Shown one piece after another: positions 36,162 to 46,951 of a stretch of 64,000 nucleotides of DNA. The stretch is from Escherichia coli. Lineage in GTDB: Bacteria > Pseudomonadota > Gammaproteobacteria > Enterobacterales > Enterobacteriaceae. Each line of letters opens with the position of its first letter. Within the stretch, counting starts at the first letter, position 1. The notes beneath the pieces were generated by a model. The model was not told the origin of the DNA and did not search any database. It saw only the letters and a list, made by a program, of their open reading frames with translations. The stretch lies in the NCBI RefSeq assembly GCF_030013595.1, contig NZ_CP122768.1; one strand, given 5' to 3'. The translations under genes were made by a program, and so were the position numbers.

Positions 36162-36950
36162 ATGAGTATCATCGAAGTGACAGGTAATCCACGCCATGAC
36201 CAACTCGTTCATCTAATCGCAGAACGCGGTTATATGAATATTGAAGAACTGGCACAACTGCTGGATGTTTCAACGCAAACCGTGCGCCGGGATATCCGAA
36301 AACTCAGTGAGCAGGGCTTGATCACCCGTCATCATGGAGGGGCCGGGCGCGTCTCCAGCGTCATGAATACCGCTTTTGAGCAACGGGAACTATCGCTCAC
36401 CGCCGAGAAACGGGCGATCGCTGAGGCAGTCGCCGATTACCTTCCCGAACGCTGTACCGTCTTTATCACCATCGGTACAACCGTAGAAGCCGTTGCCAGG
36501 GCATTACTCAACCGGCGTGATTTACGCATTATCACTAACAGCCTACGTGTGGCACAGATTCTTTATAAGAATCAGGATATTGAAGTGATGGTGCCGGGAG
36601 GCACTTTACGCGCTCATAACGGCGGGATTATCGGCCCAGGAGCCGTGGATTTTATTGAAGGCTTCCGCGCAGATTATTTAATCACCAGTATAGGTGCCAT
36701 TGAACATGACGGCACCCTACTGGAATTTGATGTAAATGAAGCGTTAGTCGCGAGAACGATGATTAAACATGCGCGGAATACATTGTTAGTGGCCGATCAT
36801 ACGAAGTTTGCCGCGTCTGCTGCCGTTTCAATTGGCAATGCACGGAATGTCAGGGCTTTTTTTACTGATGCCCCGCCTCCCAATTCTTTCTGCCAGTTGT
36901 TAAGTGAAGAGAATGTTGAACTGGTGGTTGCCGAGCAAGAAGTATCCTGA
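36162..36950 (+). CDS. DeoR-family transcriptional regulator (YihW/CsqR-like)
   Basis: 262 aa; N-terminal HTH and DeoR C-terminal effector domain. Confidence 0.8.
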   Translation: MSIIEVTGNPRHDQLVHLIAERGYMNIEELAQLLDVSTQTVRRDIRKLSEQGLITRHHGGAGRVSSVMNTAFEQRELSLTAEKRAIAEAVADYLPERCTVFITIGTTVEAVARALLNRRDLRIITNSLRVAQILYKNQDIEVMVPGGTLRAHNGGIIGPGAVDFIEGFRADYLITSIGAIEHDGTLLEFDVNEALVARTMIKHARNTLLVADHTKFAASAAVSIGNARNVRAFFTDAPPPNSFCQLLSEENVELVVAEQEVS

Positions 36951-37009
36951 AATTGAAACTTCGGTTGATACGGTTTCCGTTGGCCGGATTAAGCACATCC
37001 GGCCATTAA

Positions 37010-38275
37010 TTAAGCTTCAGCCGCCAGCATCTCTTTCTTACGTTGGCTAATACGCTTAACCAGCATTACGGAAACCACCGCACCACAGAATGCGAAGCAG
37101 GCCATAATGCCAAACACGATTTTGTAGCCAATAATCCCCGGATTTAAATCCAGAATGTAGCCATACAGACTGAAGCAGAACATCGCCGGGGCGTAACCAA
37201 TAAAGCTACCCAACGCCATCGCCGCGCCTGTTTTATTTTCAGCAATTTTTGCTTCGCCGATAGGTGCAAAAAATACGGCTCGCTGTGTAAAGACTATAGC
37301 GCCAAAGCCCAGCGTACATGCCATCCCTAAATATACCGGCATACTTTCGTGCGGCAGCATAATCAACAGTACGAGCGCAGCGGTACTGATGATAAAGGTG
37401 TAGCATAGATATTTACTCGGCGATTTCAGGATCTTATCTGAAATCATGCCACCAATCGGTCCACCAATCATTTTCAGACAGTATTGGTTAATGATGCCGT
37501 AAGCCCCCACCAGCGCAACGGGCAATAGATAGATGTTTTTCAGGAATGGAATGAAGAATGTCAGGCCACAGTAAACCGCGTAAACGAAGAAGACGTTGAA
37601 AGCGATAAGCCAGATAGTTTTGTCTTTCAGCACCGAGGTCATACTGGTGTTTTTCGATGCTCCGTCTTCTTTTTTCACCTCAACGGACGGTGCCTCTTCT
37701 TTGTCATTCAGAACAAAGAAAATGATAATGCCTACGGCAATCACAATAAGGGAATAGAACCAGATGCCTGCTTTAAAACCCAATAAGCCACTGCCAAACC
37801 AGGTAAATACTGCCAACGCAGAAAATGCCACCACGGTATCGACAATGCCACGCCCTGTTTCGAAGAAGCCAAACAACCGACCTTGTTGTTCGCTATTGCC
37901 CAATCGACTTACCGACTTGAGCAAGACCGGCCAGTTCATCATGTCGCAAGTAACGCCAAATAGCGCCCAGACAAAGAGGATGCCCCAATACCCCGGCATT
38001 GTCGTCAAATAAACACCCAGTAATCCTGTCGCAATGAGTGAGAATGACATGGTGTATCTGCGCGGTAGTTTATCGGCAAAATAAATAGACAGAAAAAAGC
38101 CCACTGTCGTGACAAATGAGTTTACCGACATAGCATTACCAATTTGACCATTGGTCAAATGGAAATATTCCTGCATCGGGATATAAAACGCATCTTTCAG
38201 CGACGGTAATTTATAAATTGTACCGCCACACAATGTTAATAGACTAAATAACGCCCATTTCTTTTTCGTGAGCAT
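37010..38275 (-). CDS. yihN: MFS transporter YihN
   Basis: 421-aa polytopic ORF, synteny with yihM and yihL. Confidence 0.8.
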   Translation of the reverse strand: MLTKKKWALFSLLTLCGGTIYKLPSLKDAFYIPMQEYFHLTNGQIGNAMSVNSFVTTVGFFLSIYFADKLPRRYTMSFSLIATGLLGVYLTTMPGYWGILFVWALFGVTCDMMNWPVLLKSVSRLGNSEQQGRLFGFFETGRGIVDTVVAFSALAVFTWFGSGLLGFKAGIWFYSLIVIAVGIIIFFVLNDKEEAPSVEVKKEDGASKNTSMTSVLKDKTIWLIAFNVFFVYAVYCGLTFFIPFLKNIYLLPVALVGAYGIINQYCLKMIGGPIGGMISDKILKSPSKYLCYTFIISTAALVLLIMLPHESMPVYLGMACTLGFGAIVFTQRAVFFAPIGEAKIAENKTGAAMALGSFIGYAPAMFCFSLYGYILDLNPGIIGYKIVFGIMACFAFCGAVVSVMLVKRISQRKKEMLAAEA

Positions 38276-38376
38276 AACATCCCCTAAGCGATTTTTAAAA
38301 TCACTGTTTTAAAGGCAATAAGATACCGACCATTCATATCGAATGGTTTTATTAACTGCGTATGAGTTAAAACTTA

Positions 38377-39357
38377 TTAGTGGTTCAGAAGATGGTTTGC
38401 CTCTTGTTTGATTTGTTGTAGTACGTTACGCACATGATTTATCTGGTTAATTGCATCTTCTTTTTCTTTACGTAACCGCGCATCCAGTAAATGATTTTCT
38501 GGCAATGGTGTTTCACTCATCTGGCGATAAGGGATCCACGGATTATCATCTTCGTCTTCAAAGCGGAACGCCGGCGCATAGTAATCAACCTCTTCTTCCA
38601 GGCCATATGCCGTCACCTGCGGCTCATCATCACCCAGGCAGATAAGGTGCGTTAATAACGCTTTGAACGGCATATCACCCTGACCTGAAATACAGGCTTT
38701 ATGACCCAGGCCACCCTCTTCTTTAACGATCAAGGCATCTTTGATATGGACCTGGGTAATATGCGGTGCCATCGTTTTTAAAGCGTCGATGGGATGCTCA
38801 TTTGCATTGATCATGTTCGCAAAATCAAACAGTAAGGAAAGAGATTCCATCTCACTTTCTTTGACCAGCGACACCAGCTCATGGCTTTTTAAATCTTCAT
38901 GCTGTTCGATCGTAAAAGTCAGGCCGCTGTCCTGATACGTTTCCCGTACATAGGCAATGTCGTTAGCGATGATCGATAATACGTCGCGCAAATTACCTTC
39001 ATAACGTGGATAAAAACGTACGGACGATGCCCCAGTTTTCAACGCAATGGCGACGGCTTCGTCAATAGATGCCTTATCTGAAGCGCTGGTTTCAATATGA
39101 ATATCAAGGTTCAGACGGCGGGCTTTATCCCCAAAGGCAGAGAGTTCTTTATCGTCCATATTACCAAGAGAAAAACGCTCTCCATCCAGAACATGGATTT
39201 TGACGCCACGTAGATTATTTTCACTTGCGATATCAAGTAAATCAGCAGGCAACACTCTTTCCAGCCGCATATTTAAATGAAAGGCATAAGCATGTAAATA
39301 AAGAGGAAGAGTGTCGACACGTTGTAGAATCTTTCTTGCGTTATTTATTGTCACCAT
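38377..39357 (-). CDS. yihM: Sugar phosphate isomerase/epimerase (TIM barrel) YihM
   Basis: 326-aa ORF, synteny. Confidence 0.8.
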   Translation of the reverse strand: MVTINNARKILQRVDTLPLYLHAYAFHLNMRLERVLPADLLDIASENNLRGVKIHVLDGERFSLGNMDDKELSAFGDKARRLNLDIHIETSASDKASIDEAVAIALKTGASSVRFYPRYEGNLRDVLSIIANDIAYVRETYQDSGLTFTIEQHEDLKSHELVSLVKESEMESLSLLFDFANMINANEHPIDALKTMAPHITQVHIKDALIVKEEGGLGHKACISGQGDMPFKALLTHLICLGDDEPQVTAYGLEEEVDYYAPAFRFEDEDDNPWIPYRQMSETPLPENHLLDARLRKEKEDAINQINHVRNVLQQIKQEANHLLNH

Positions 39358-39364
39358 AAAACAC

Positions 39365-40075
39365 CTACAGATTAATGATGAGGTCTACGGCCTCAAATCG
39401 CCAATATTCAATATCTATCTGGACAATATTGCCTTGCTGGTCGGCGCGATGCTTTTCAATTAAGATCGCTGGCATACCCGCAGAACCGCCAAGATACTTG
39501 CTGATATCGCCCGGCATTCTGACGGGTTTGAAAATCAATTTTTTTACTACCGTCTCTTTTTGGTAGCACTTTTCCCAGACTGCAGAAAATGAGTGGTTTT
39601 CAAGTTGTTCAATAAAACCCGGAGCAACTTCAGGATTAATATATGTTTCGTGATAGAAAACTTTATGTCCTTCCAGCGCCCCCCAGCCGGTGATGCGATA
39701 GAGTTCAGTTGATGGTGTCACTGCAATCAGTGGCGCGAGCGTCTCGGGAATATCGCTGGTACGGTTTTTCTCGGTAAACCCCCAGGAAGGCTCTCGTCCT
39801 TGCTCAATTGCGGCCCGCTGAAAGCTCGCTGACAGCTCCGGACTGTAATTAAATCGCGGCTGGGTCACGAACCACCCCTTACGATCCTTACGGAAGATTT
39901 TGGATTCTGCCTCGAGGTTCAACAACGCCTGGCGCAGCGTCATACGTTTAATGCCCAGCAGTTCTCCCAGCTCTCTTTCTGAAGGGAGTTTTCCACCCGG
40001 CGTGGTGATGCCATCTTTCAACCACCGATCCAGTTTCTCTTTTGCATTTTCTACGGTGGATTGATTCTCCGCCAT
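39365..40075 (-). CDS. yihL: GntR-family transcriptional regulator YihL
   Basis: 236 aa with N-terminal GntR HTH (LPSERELGELLGIKRMTLRQAL). Confidence 0.85.
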   Translation of the reverse strand: MAENQSTVENAKEKLDRWLKDGITTPGGKLPSERELGELLGIKRMTLRQALLNLEAESKIFRKDRKGWFVTQPRFNYSPELSASFQRAAIEQGREPSWGFTEKNRTSDIPETLAPLIAVTPSTELYRITGWGALEGHKVFYHETYINPEVAPGFIEQLENHSFSAVWEKCYQKETVVKKLIFKPVRMPGDISKYLGGSAGMPAILIEKHRADQQGNIVQIDIEYWRFEAVDLIINL

Positions 40076-40241
40076 TGTTTAATCCTTTTGGTTTAAACCA
40101 GATGAAGCATCTTACGCTTACGCCAAAAAAGAAAGCAATTAACGGTGTATGACTTTGCAGATAATTGTGACAAAGCTCTCTATTGACGTAATCACAGACT
40201 TATAAGGGAGATACTCGCATTGGTGTGCGCTCACGACAGGT

Positions 40242-40273
40242 AAAAAAAACCTGCCAGCGATGGCAGGTTTTTT
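40242..40273 (-). terminator. Rho-independent terminator of typA (bidirectional architecture)
   Basis: A8 run, cctgcca...tggcagg hairpin, T-run; immediately downstream of typA stop. Confidence 0.8.
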
Positions 40274-40290
40274 ATGACTGAAAAGCGAAA

Positions 40291-42114
40291 TTAATCGTCT
40301 TTCGGTGCGCGGTTGGCGCGACGACGATCGTTTTCCGTCAGGTGACGTTTACGAATACGGATAGAGGTCGGAGTCACTTCTACCAGTTCGTCATCATCGA
40401 TGAACTCCAGAGCTTGTTCCAGAGTCATGCGGATAGGCGGAACCAGAACAACGGCTTCGTCAGTACCGGAAGCACGCATGTTGGTCAGTTTCTTACCGGT
40501 CAGGCAGTTTACAGTCAGGTCGTTAGAGCGGCTGTGAATACCGATAATTTGACCTTCGTAAACTTCTGCACCGTGACCGAGGAACAGCTTACCGCGATCC
40601 TGCAGACCGAACAGCGCGAACGCTACCGCTTTACCCTGACCGTTAGAGATCAGTACACCGTTCTGACGCTGACCCACTTCGCCCGGACGTACGTCGTCGT
40701 AGTGGCTGAAGGTGGAGTACAGCAGACCAGTACCGGAAGTCATGGTCATGAACTCAGAACGGAAGCCAATCAGACCACGGCTTGGGATCACGTAGTCGAG
40801 ACGTACGCGGCCTTTACCGTCTGGATTCATGTTTTTCAGGTCGCCTTTACGTTCGCCCAGCGCCTGCATCACAGAACCCTGATGCTGTTCTTCAACGTCC
40901 AGCGTCACGTTTTCATACGGCTCTTGTTTACGACCGTCGATTTCACGGAAGATTACTTTCGGACGGGATACCGCCAGCTCGAAACCTTCACGACGCATGT
41001 TTTCGATAAGAACAGACAGGTGCAGTTCGCCACGACCAGAAACGCGGAACGCATCGGCGTCTTCGGTTTCTTCTACGCGCAGCGCAACGTTGTGTACCAG
41101 TTCTTTGTTCAGACGATCCAGGATCTGACGAGACGTTACGAACTTACCTTCTTTACCGCAGAACGGCGAGGTGTTAACGCAGAAGAACATAGAAACGGTC
41201 GGCTCATCAACGGAGAGTGCCGGCAGCGCTTCAACGTTTTGCGTGTCGCAAACGGTGTCAGAAATGTTCAGTTCGCCCAGGCCCGTGATCGCAACGATAT
41301 CGCCAGCTTCCGCCAGATCGGTTTCAATACGTTCCAGACCGAGGTGGCCCAGCACTTTACCGACTTTCGCGTTACGGGTTTTGCCTTCGCTATCGATGAT
41401 AGTGACCTGCTGGTTCGGCTTCACTTTACCGCGCTTGATGCGGCCAATGCCGATAACGCCAACATAGCTGTTGTAATCGAGCTGAGAAATCTGCATCTGG
41501 AACGGACCGTCAAGGTCAACGTCCGGCGCAGGAACGTGGTCAACAATCGCCTGATACAGCGGGGTCATGTCTTCCGCCATATCTTCGTGGTCCAGACCCG
41601 CGATACCGTTCAGCGCAGAAGCGTAAACGATCGGGAAGTCCAGCTGCTCGTCGGTCGCGTCGAGGTTAACGAACAGATCGAATACCTGATCCACAACCCA
41701 ATCAGGACGCGCGCCAGGGCGGTCAACTTTGTTGATAACAACAATCGGCTTCAGGCCGTAAGCAAACGCTTTTTTGGTTACGAAGCGCGTTTGCGGCATC
41801 GGGCCGTCAAATGCGTCAACCACCAGCAGCACTGAGTCTACCATGGACATTACACGTTCAACTTCACCACCGAAGTCGGCGTGCCCCGGGGTATCAACGA
41901 TGTTGATACGGTAATCATTCCATTTGATAGCGGTGTTTTTCGCGAGGATGGTAATCCCACGCTCTTTCTCCAAATCGTTGGAGTCCATCACGCGCTCTTG
42001 GGTTTCGGCACGAGAGTCGAACGTACCGGATTGTTGGAGCAGCTTGTCTACCAGGGTGGTTTTACCATGGTCTACGTGCGCGATGATGGCGATATTACGC
42101 AATTTTTCGATCAC
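40291..42114 (-). CDS. typA: Ribosome-dependent translational GTPase TypA/BipA
   Basis: 607 aa; G1 motif AHVDHGKTT. Confidence 0.95.
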   Translation of the reverse strand: MIEKLRNIAIIAHVDHGKTTLVDKLLQQSGTFDSRAETQERVMDSNDLEKERGITILAKNTAIKWNDYRINIVDTPGHADFGGEVERVMSMVDSVLLVVDAFDGPMPQTRFVTKKAFAYGLKPIVVINKVDRPGARPDWVVDQVFDLFVNLDATDEQLDFPIVYASALNGIAGLDHEDMAEDMTPLYQAIVDHVPAPDVDLDGPFQMQISQLDYNSYVGVIGIGRIKRGKVKPNQQVTIIDSEGKTRNAKVGKVLGHLGLERIETDLAEAGDIVAITGLGELNISDTVCDTQNVEALPALSVDEPTVSMFFCVNTSPFCGKEGKFVTSRQILDRLNKELVHNVALRVEETEDADAFRVSGRGELHLSVLIENMRREGFELAVSRPKVIFREIDGRKQEPYENVTLDVEEQHQGSVMQALGERKGDLKNMNPDGKGRVRLDYVIPSRGLIGFRSEFMTMTSGTGLLYSTFSHYDDVRPGEVGQRQNGVLISNGQGKAVAFALFGLQDRGKLFLGHGAEVYEGQIIGIHSRSNDLTVNCLTGKKLTNMRASGTDEAVVLVPPIRMTLEQALEFIDDDELVEVTPTSIRIRKRHLTENDRRRANRAPKDD

Positions 42115-42265
42115 AACTTTGCCTCAGGCATTAGAAATAGCGCGTTATTGTACACGGATTAATCGCACTACAAAACAGGATCACAAACATCCTCCGCAAA
42201 CAAGTATTGCAGAGTCCCTTTGTGATCGCTTTCACGGAGCATAAAAAGGGTTATCCAAAGGTCAT

Positions 42266-42316
42266 TGCACCAATATGGTGCTTAATGTTTCCATTGAAGC
42301 ACTATATTGGTGCAAC
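42266..42316. promoter_or_regulatory. NtrC enhancer sites upstream of glnA
   Basis: tgcaccaatatggtgc and gcactatattggtgca match the TGCACC-N5-GGTGCA consensus. Confidence 0.7.
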
Positions 42317-42386
42317 ATTCACATCGTGGTGCAGCCCTTTTGCACGATGTTAAGCATGATAACGCCTTTTAGGGGCAATTTAAAAG

Positions 42387-42403
42387 TTGGCACAGATTTC
42401 GCT
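42387..42403 (+). promoter_or_regulatory. Sigma-54 promoter glnAp2
   Basis: ttggcacagatttcgct carries the GG-N10-GC sigma-54 -24/-12 elements. Confidence 0.8.
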
Positions 42404-42486
42404 TTATCTTTTTTACGGCGACACGGCCAAAATAATTGCAGATTTCGTTACCACGACGACAATGACCAATCCAGGAGAGTTAAAGT

Positions 42487-43896
42487 ATGTCCGCTGAACA
42501 CGTACTGACGATGCTGAACGAGCACGAAGTGAAGTTTGTTGATTTGCGCTTCACCGATACCAAAGGTAAAGAACAGCACGTCACTATCCCTGCTCATCAG
42601 GTGAATGCTGAATTCTTCGAAGAAGGCAAAATGTTTGACGGCTCCTCGATTGGCGGCTGGAAAGGCATTAACGAATCCGACATGGTGCTGATGCCAGACG
42701 CATCCACCGCAGTGATTGACCCGTTCTTCGCCGATTCTACCCTGATTATCCGTTGCGACATCCTTGAACCTGGCACCCTGCAAGGCTATGACCGTGACCC
42801 GCGCTCCATCGCGAAACGCGCTGAAGATTACCTGCGTTCTACTGGCATTGCCGACACCGTACTGTTCGGGCCAGAACCTGAATTCTTCCTGTTCGATGAC
42901 ATCCGTTTCGGATCTTCTATCTCCGGTTCCCACGTTGCTATCGACGATATCGAAGGCGCATGGAACTCCTCCACCCAATACGAAGGTGGTAACAAAGGTC
43001 ACCGTCCGGCAGTGAAAGGCGGTTACTTCCCGGTTCCGCCGGTAGACTCTGCTCAGGATATTCGTTCTGAAATGTGTCTGGTGATGGAACAGATGGGTCT
43101 GGTGGTTGAAGCCCATCACCACGAAGTAGCGACTGCTGGTCAGAACGAAGTGGCTACCCGCTTCAATACCATGACCAAAAAAGCTGACGAAATTCAGATC
43201 TACAAATATGTTGTGCACAACGTAGCGCACCGCTTCGGTAAAACTGCGACCTTTATGCCAAAACCGATGTTCGGTGATAACGGCTCTGGTATGCACTGCC
43301 ACATGTCGCTGTCTAAAAACGGCGTCAACCTGTTCGCAGGCGACAAATACGCAGGTCTGTCTGAGCAGGCGCTGTACTATATTGGCGGCGTAATCAAACA
43401 CGCGAAAGCGATTAATGCCCTGGCAAACCCGACCACCAACTCTTACAAGCGTCTGGTGCCGGGCTACGAAGCACCGGTAATGCTGGCTTACTCTGCGCGT
43501 AACCGTTCTGCGTCTATCCGTATTCCGGTGGTTTCTTCTCCGAAAGCACGTCGTATCGAAGTACGTTTCCCGGACCCGGCGGCTAACCCGTACCTGTGCT
43601 TTGCTGCCCTGCTGATGGCCGGTCTTGACGGTATCAAGAACAAGATCCATCCGGGCGAAGCGATGGACAAAAACCTGTATGACCTGCCGCCGGAAGAAGC
43701 GAAAGAGATCCCACAGGTTGCTGGTTCTCTGGAAGAAGCACTGAACGAACTGGATCTGGACCGCGAGTTCCTGAAAGCCGGTGGCGTGTTCACTGATGAA
43801 GCGATCGATGCGTACATCGCTCTGCGTCGCGAAGAAGATGACCGCGTACGTATGACTCCGCATCCGGTAGAGTTTGAGCTGTACTACAGCGTCTAA
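42487..43896 (+). CDS. glnA: Glutamine synthetase
   Basis: 469 aa matching recalled GlnA sequence. Confidence 0.97.
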
Positions 43897-43956
43897 TAGT
43901 TGAAGTTGTACTACCCGGCGCAACAACGCCGGGATTTAGTTGCCGTGGAAACTTTC

Positions 43957-43983
43957 AGCCCATCTCTGCATGGGCTTTTTTCT
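43957..43983 (+). terminator. Rho-independent terminator after glnA
   Basis: agcccat...atgggct hairpin followed by a T-run. Confidence 0.7.
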
Positions 43984-44069
43984 CCGTCAATTCTCTGATG
44001 CTTCGCGCTTTTTATCCGTAAAAAGCTATAATGCACTAAAATGGTGCAACCTGTTCAGGAGACTGCTTT

Positions 44070-45119
44070 ATGGCAACAGGCACGCAGCCCGATGCTGGGC
44101 AGATCCTCAACTCGCTGATTAACAGTATTTTGTTAATCGATGACAACCTGGCGATCCATTACGCCAACCCCGCCGCGCAACAACTGCTCGCCCAAAGCTC
44201 CCGCAAATTGTTTGGTACGCCGTTACCGGAACTGTTGAGCTACTTCTCATTAAATATCGAGCTGATGCAAGAAAGTCTGGAGGCGGGGCAAGGCTTTACC
44301 GATAACGAAGTGACGCTGGTCATCGACGGGCGCTCGCATATCCTTTCTGTGACGGCCCAGCGTATGCCGGACGGCATGATCCTGCTGGAGATGGCTCCGA
44401 TGGATAACCAGCGCCGCTTAAGTCAGGAACAGCTACAGCACGCCCAGCAGGTTGCTGCCCGTGATTTAGTGCGCGGCCTGGCACATGAGATTAAAAATCC
44501 GCTTGGCGGTTTACGTGGCGCGGCGCAGCTGCTCAGCAAAGCATTACCTGACCCGTCACTACTCGAATATACCAAAGTGATTATCGAACAGGCGGACCGG
44601 CTGCGAAATCTGGTCGACCGTCTGTTGGGACCGCAACTGCCCGGTACGCGCGTTACCGAAAGTATTCATAAAGTGGCTGAACGCGTGGTGACGCTGGTGT
44701 CGATGGAACTGCCGGACAACGTGCGGTTGATTCGTGATTACGACCCCAGCCTGCCGGAACTGGCGCACGACCCGGATCAAATTGAGCAAGTGCTCCTGAA
44801 TATTGTGCGCAATGCGCTACAGGCGCTGGGGCCAGAGGGTGGTGAAATCATTCTGCGTACCCGCACAGCTTTCCAACTGACCTTACACGGCGAGCGTTAT
44901 CGGCTGGCGGCGCGAATTGATGTGGAAGATAACGGGCCAGGTATTCCGCCTCATTTGCAGGATACACTGTTTTACCCGATGGTCAGCGGCCGCGAAGGTG
45001 GCACCGGGCTTGGCTTATCCATCGCCCGTAATTTGATTGATCAGCATTCAGGCAAAATTGAATTTACCAGTTGGCCAGGTCATACCGAGTTCTCGGTTTA
45101 CCTGCCTATCAGGAAATAA
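44070..45119 (+). CDS. glnL: Nitrogen regulation sensor kinase NtrB
   Basis: 349 aa with H-box and ATPase motifs. Confidence 0.95.
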
Positions 45120-45130
45120 AGGTGACGTTT

Positions 45131-46540
45131 ATGCAACGAGGGATAGTCTGGGTAGTCGATGACGATAGTTCCATCCGTTGGGTGCTTGAACGTGCGCTCG
45201 CTGGAGCGGGTTTAACCTGTACAACATTTGAGAACGGCGCGGAGGTACTGGAGGCGCTGGCGAGCAAAACGCCGGATGTGCTGCTTTCAGATATCCGTAT
45301 GCCGGGAATGGACGGGCTGGCGCTGCTCAAGCAGATTAAACAGCGACATCCGATGCTTCCGGTCATCATTATGACCGCACATTCCGATCTGGATGCTGCC
45401 GTCAGCGCCTATCAACAAGGGGCGTTTGATTATCTGCCCAAACCGTTTGATATCGACGAAGCCGTCGCGCTGGTTGAGCGCGCCATCAGTCATTACCAGG
45501 AACAGCAGCAGCCGCGTAATGTTCAGCTTAACGGCCCAACGACCGATATCATCGGCGAAGCGCCAGCCATGCAGGACGTGTTCCGTATTATCGGTCGGCT
45601 TTCGCGTTCTTCTATTAGCGTGCTGATTAACGGCGAATCCGGCACCGGTAAAGAACTGGTCGCTCATGCCCTGCATCGCCACAGTCCGAGAGCCAAAGCG
45701 CCATTTATCGCGCTGAATATGGCGGCTATTCCGAAGGATTTGATCGAATCAGAACTGTTTGGTCACGAGAAAGGCGCGTTTACCGGCGCGAATACCATTC
45801 GTCAGGGGCGTTTTGAACAGGCCGATGGTGGCACATTATTCCTCGATGAAATTGGCGATATGCCGCTGGATGTGCAGACCCGTTTGCTGCGCGTACTGGC
45901 AGATGGTCAGTTTTATCGCGTTGGCGGCTATGCGCCGGTGAAAGTAGATGTGCGGATTATCGCTGCCACTCACCAGAATCTTGAACAGCGGGTGCAGGAA
46001 GGCAAGTTCCGTGAGGATCTGTTCCACCGCCTGAACGTCATCCGCGTTCATCTGCCGCCGCTGCGCGAACGTCGGGAAGATATTCCCCGTCTGGCACGCC
46101 ATTTTTTACAGGTTGCCGCGCGCGAACTGGGAGTAGAAGCGAAGTTACTGCATCCGGAAACCGAAGCCGCGCTGACGCGTCTGGCTTGGCCAGGCAACGT
46201 GCGCCAGCTGGAAAACACCTGCCGCTGGCTAACGGTAATGGCTGCCGGACAGGAAGTGTTGATTCAGGATTTGCCTGGCGAACTGTTTGAATCAACGGTT
46301 GCGGAGAGTACTTCGCAAATGCAACCGGACAGTTGGGCGACGCTGTTAGCGCAGTGGGCAGACAGGGCGCTGCGTTCCGGTCATCAAAATCTGCTTTCCG
46401 AAGCGCAGCCTGAGCTGGAGCGGACGTTACTGACCACCGCGCTGCGACATACGCAGGGGCATAAACAGGAAGCGGCGCGGCTACTCGGCTGGGGGCGTAA
46501 CACTCTGACGCGGAAGTTAAAAGAGCTGGGGATGGAGTGA
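45131..46540 (+). CDS. glnG: Nitrogen regulation response regulator NtrC
   Basis: Start set to ATG 45131 ([12 protein letters not shown]) giving 469 aa; receiver, sigma-54 AAA+ (GESGTGKE) and HTH domains. Confidence 0.95.
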   Translation: MQRGIVWVVDDDSSIRWVLERALAGAGLTCTTFENGAEVLEALASKTPDVLLSDIRMPGMDGLALLKQIKQRHPMLPVIIMTAHSDLDAAVSAYQQGAFDYLPKPFDIDEAVALVERAISHYQEQQQPRNVQLNGPTTDIIGEAPAMQDVFRIIGRLSRSSISVLINGESGTGKELVAHALHRHSPRAKAPFIALNMAAIPKDLIESELFGHEKGAFTGANTIRQGRFEQADGGTLFLDEIGDMPLDVQTRLLRVLADGQFYRVGGYAPVKVDVRIIAATHQNLEQRVQEGKFREDLFHRLNVIRVHLPPLRERREDIPRLARHFLQVAARELGVEAKLLHPETEAALTRLAWPGNVRQLENTCRWLTVMAAGQEVLIQDLPGELFESTVAESTSQMQPDSWATLLAQWADRALRSGHQNLLSEAQPELERTLLTTALRHTQGHKQEAARLLGWGRNTLTRKLKELGME

Positions 46541-46651
46541 TTCACGGCTTGTGTGTAAAGATTGATTATTGAGCGCAAATTGCTGGTATTTTGCGCTTTA
46601 CTGTTCCGATAAGTTCAGTATGATCTTGCCCGGAAAACGGGGAGAGTCATT

Positions 46652-46762
46652 ATGCTGGAATCAATAATTAATCTGGTATCGAGTGGCACAGTTGACAGCC
46701 ACACACCGCAAACTGCTGTTGCTGCCGTGCTGTGTGCCGCGATGATTGGGCTGTTTAGCTGA
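46652..46762 (+). CDS. yshB: Small membrane protein YshB (36 aa)
   Basis: MLESIINLVSSGTVDSHTPQTAVAAVLCAAMIGLFS; known small ORF between glnG and hemN. Confidence 0.6.
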   Translation: MLESIINLVSSGTVDSHTPQTAVAAVLCAAMIGLFS

Positions 46763-46796
46763 GTTTCAGATTGCTGATGAAGTGCTCTTTGTTCAT

Positions 46797-46884
46797 GCCG
46801 GATGCGGCGTGAACGCCTTATCCGGCCTACAAAAGCAATATTTTCAACAGGTTTTGTAGGCCTGATAAGCGTAGCGCATCAGGC
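46797..46884. repeat. BIME (two inverted REP units) between yshB and hemN
   Basis: gccggatgcggcgtgaacgccttatccggcctac ... gtaggcctgataagcgtagcgcatcaggc. Confidence 0.7.
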
Positions 46885-46951
46885 AATCTTGTTCTCAGCA
46901 CATTGATGGCGCTTTCGTTTTCTACTTTGTAAACGAAGCGCCATTCACTAT

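Noticed and set aside
40342-41835. 497-aa plus-strand ORF
   Set aside because: Entirely antisense to typA, a highly conserved GTPase with clear motifs; long antisense frames are common in codon-biased genes and there is no independent start or RBS support.
42448-43926. 492-aa minus-strand ORF
   Set aside because: Antisense to glnA; low-complexity Arg/Val/Phe-rich translation typical of a spurious mirror frame.
46797-46884. Repeated palindromic units considered as possible CRISPR repeats (also at 5136..5166 and 50259..50338)
   Set aside because: They are isolated REP/BIME palindromes with the GCCGGATGCGGCG consensus; no regularly spaced repeat-spacer array and no cas genes in the window.
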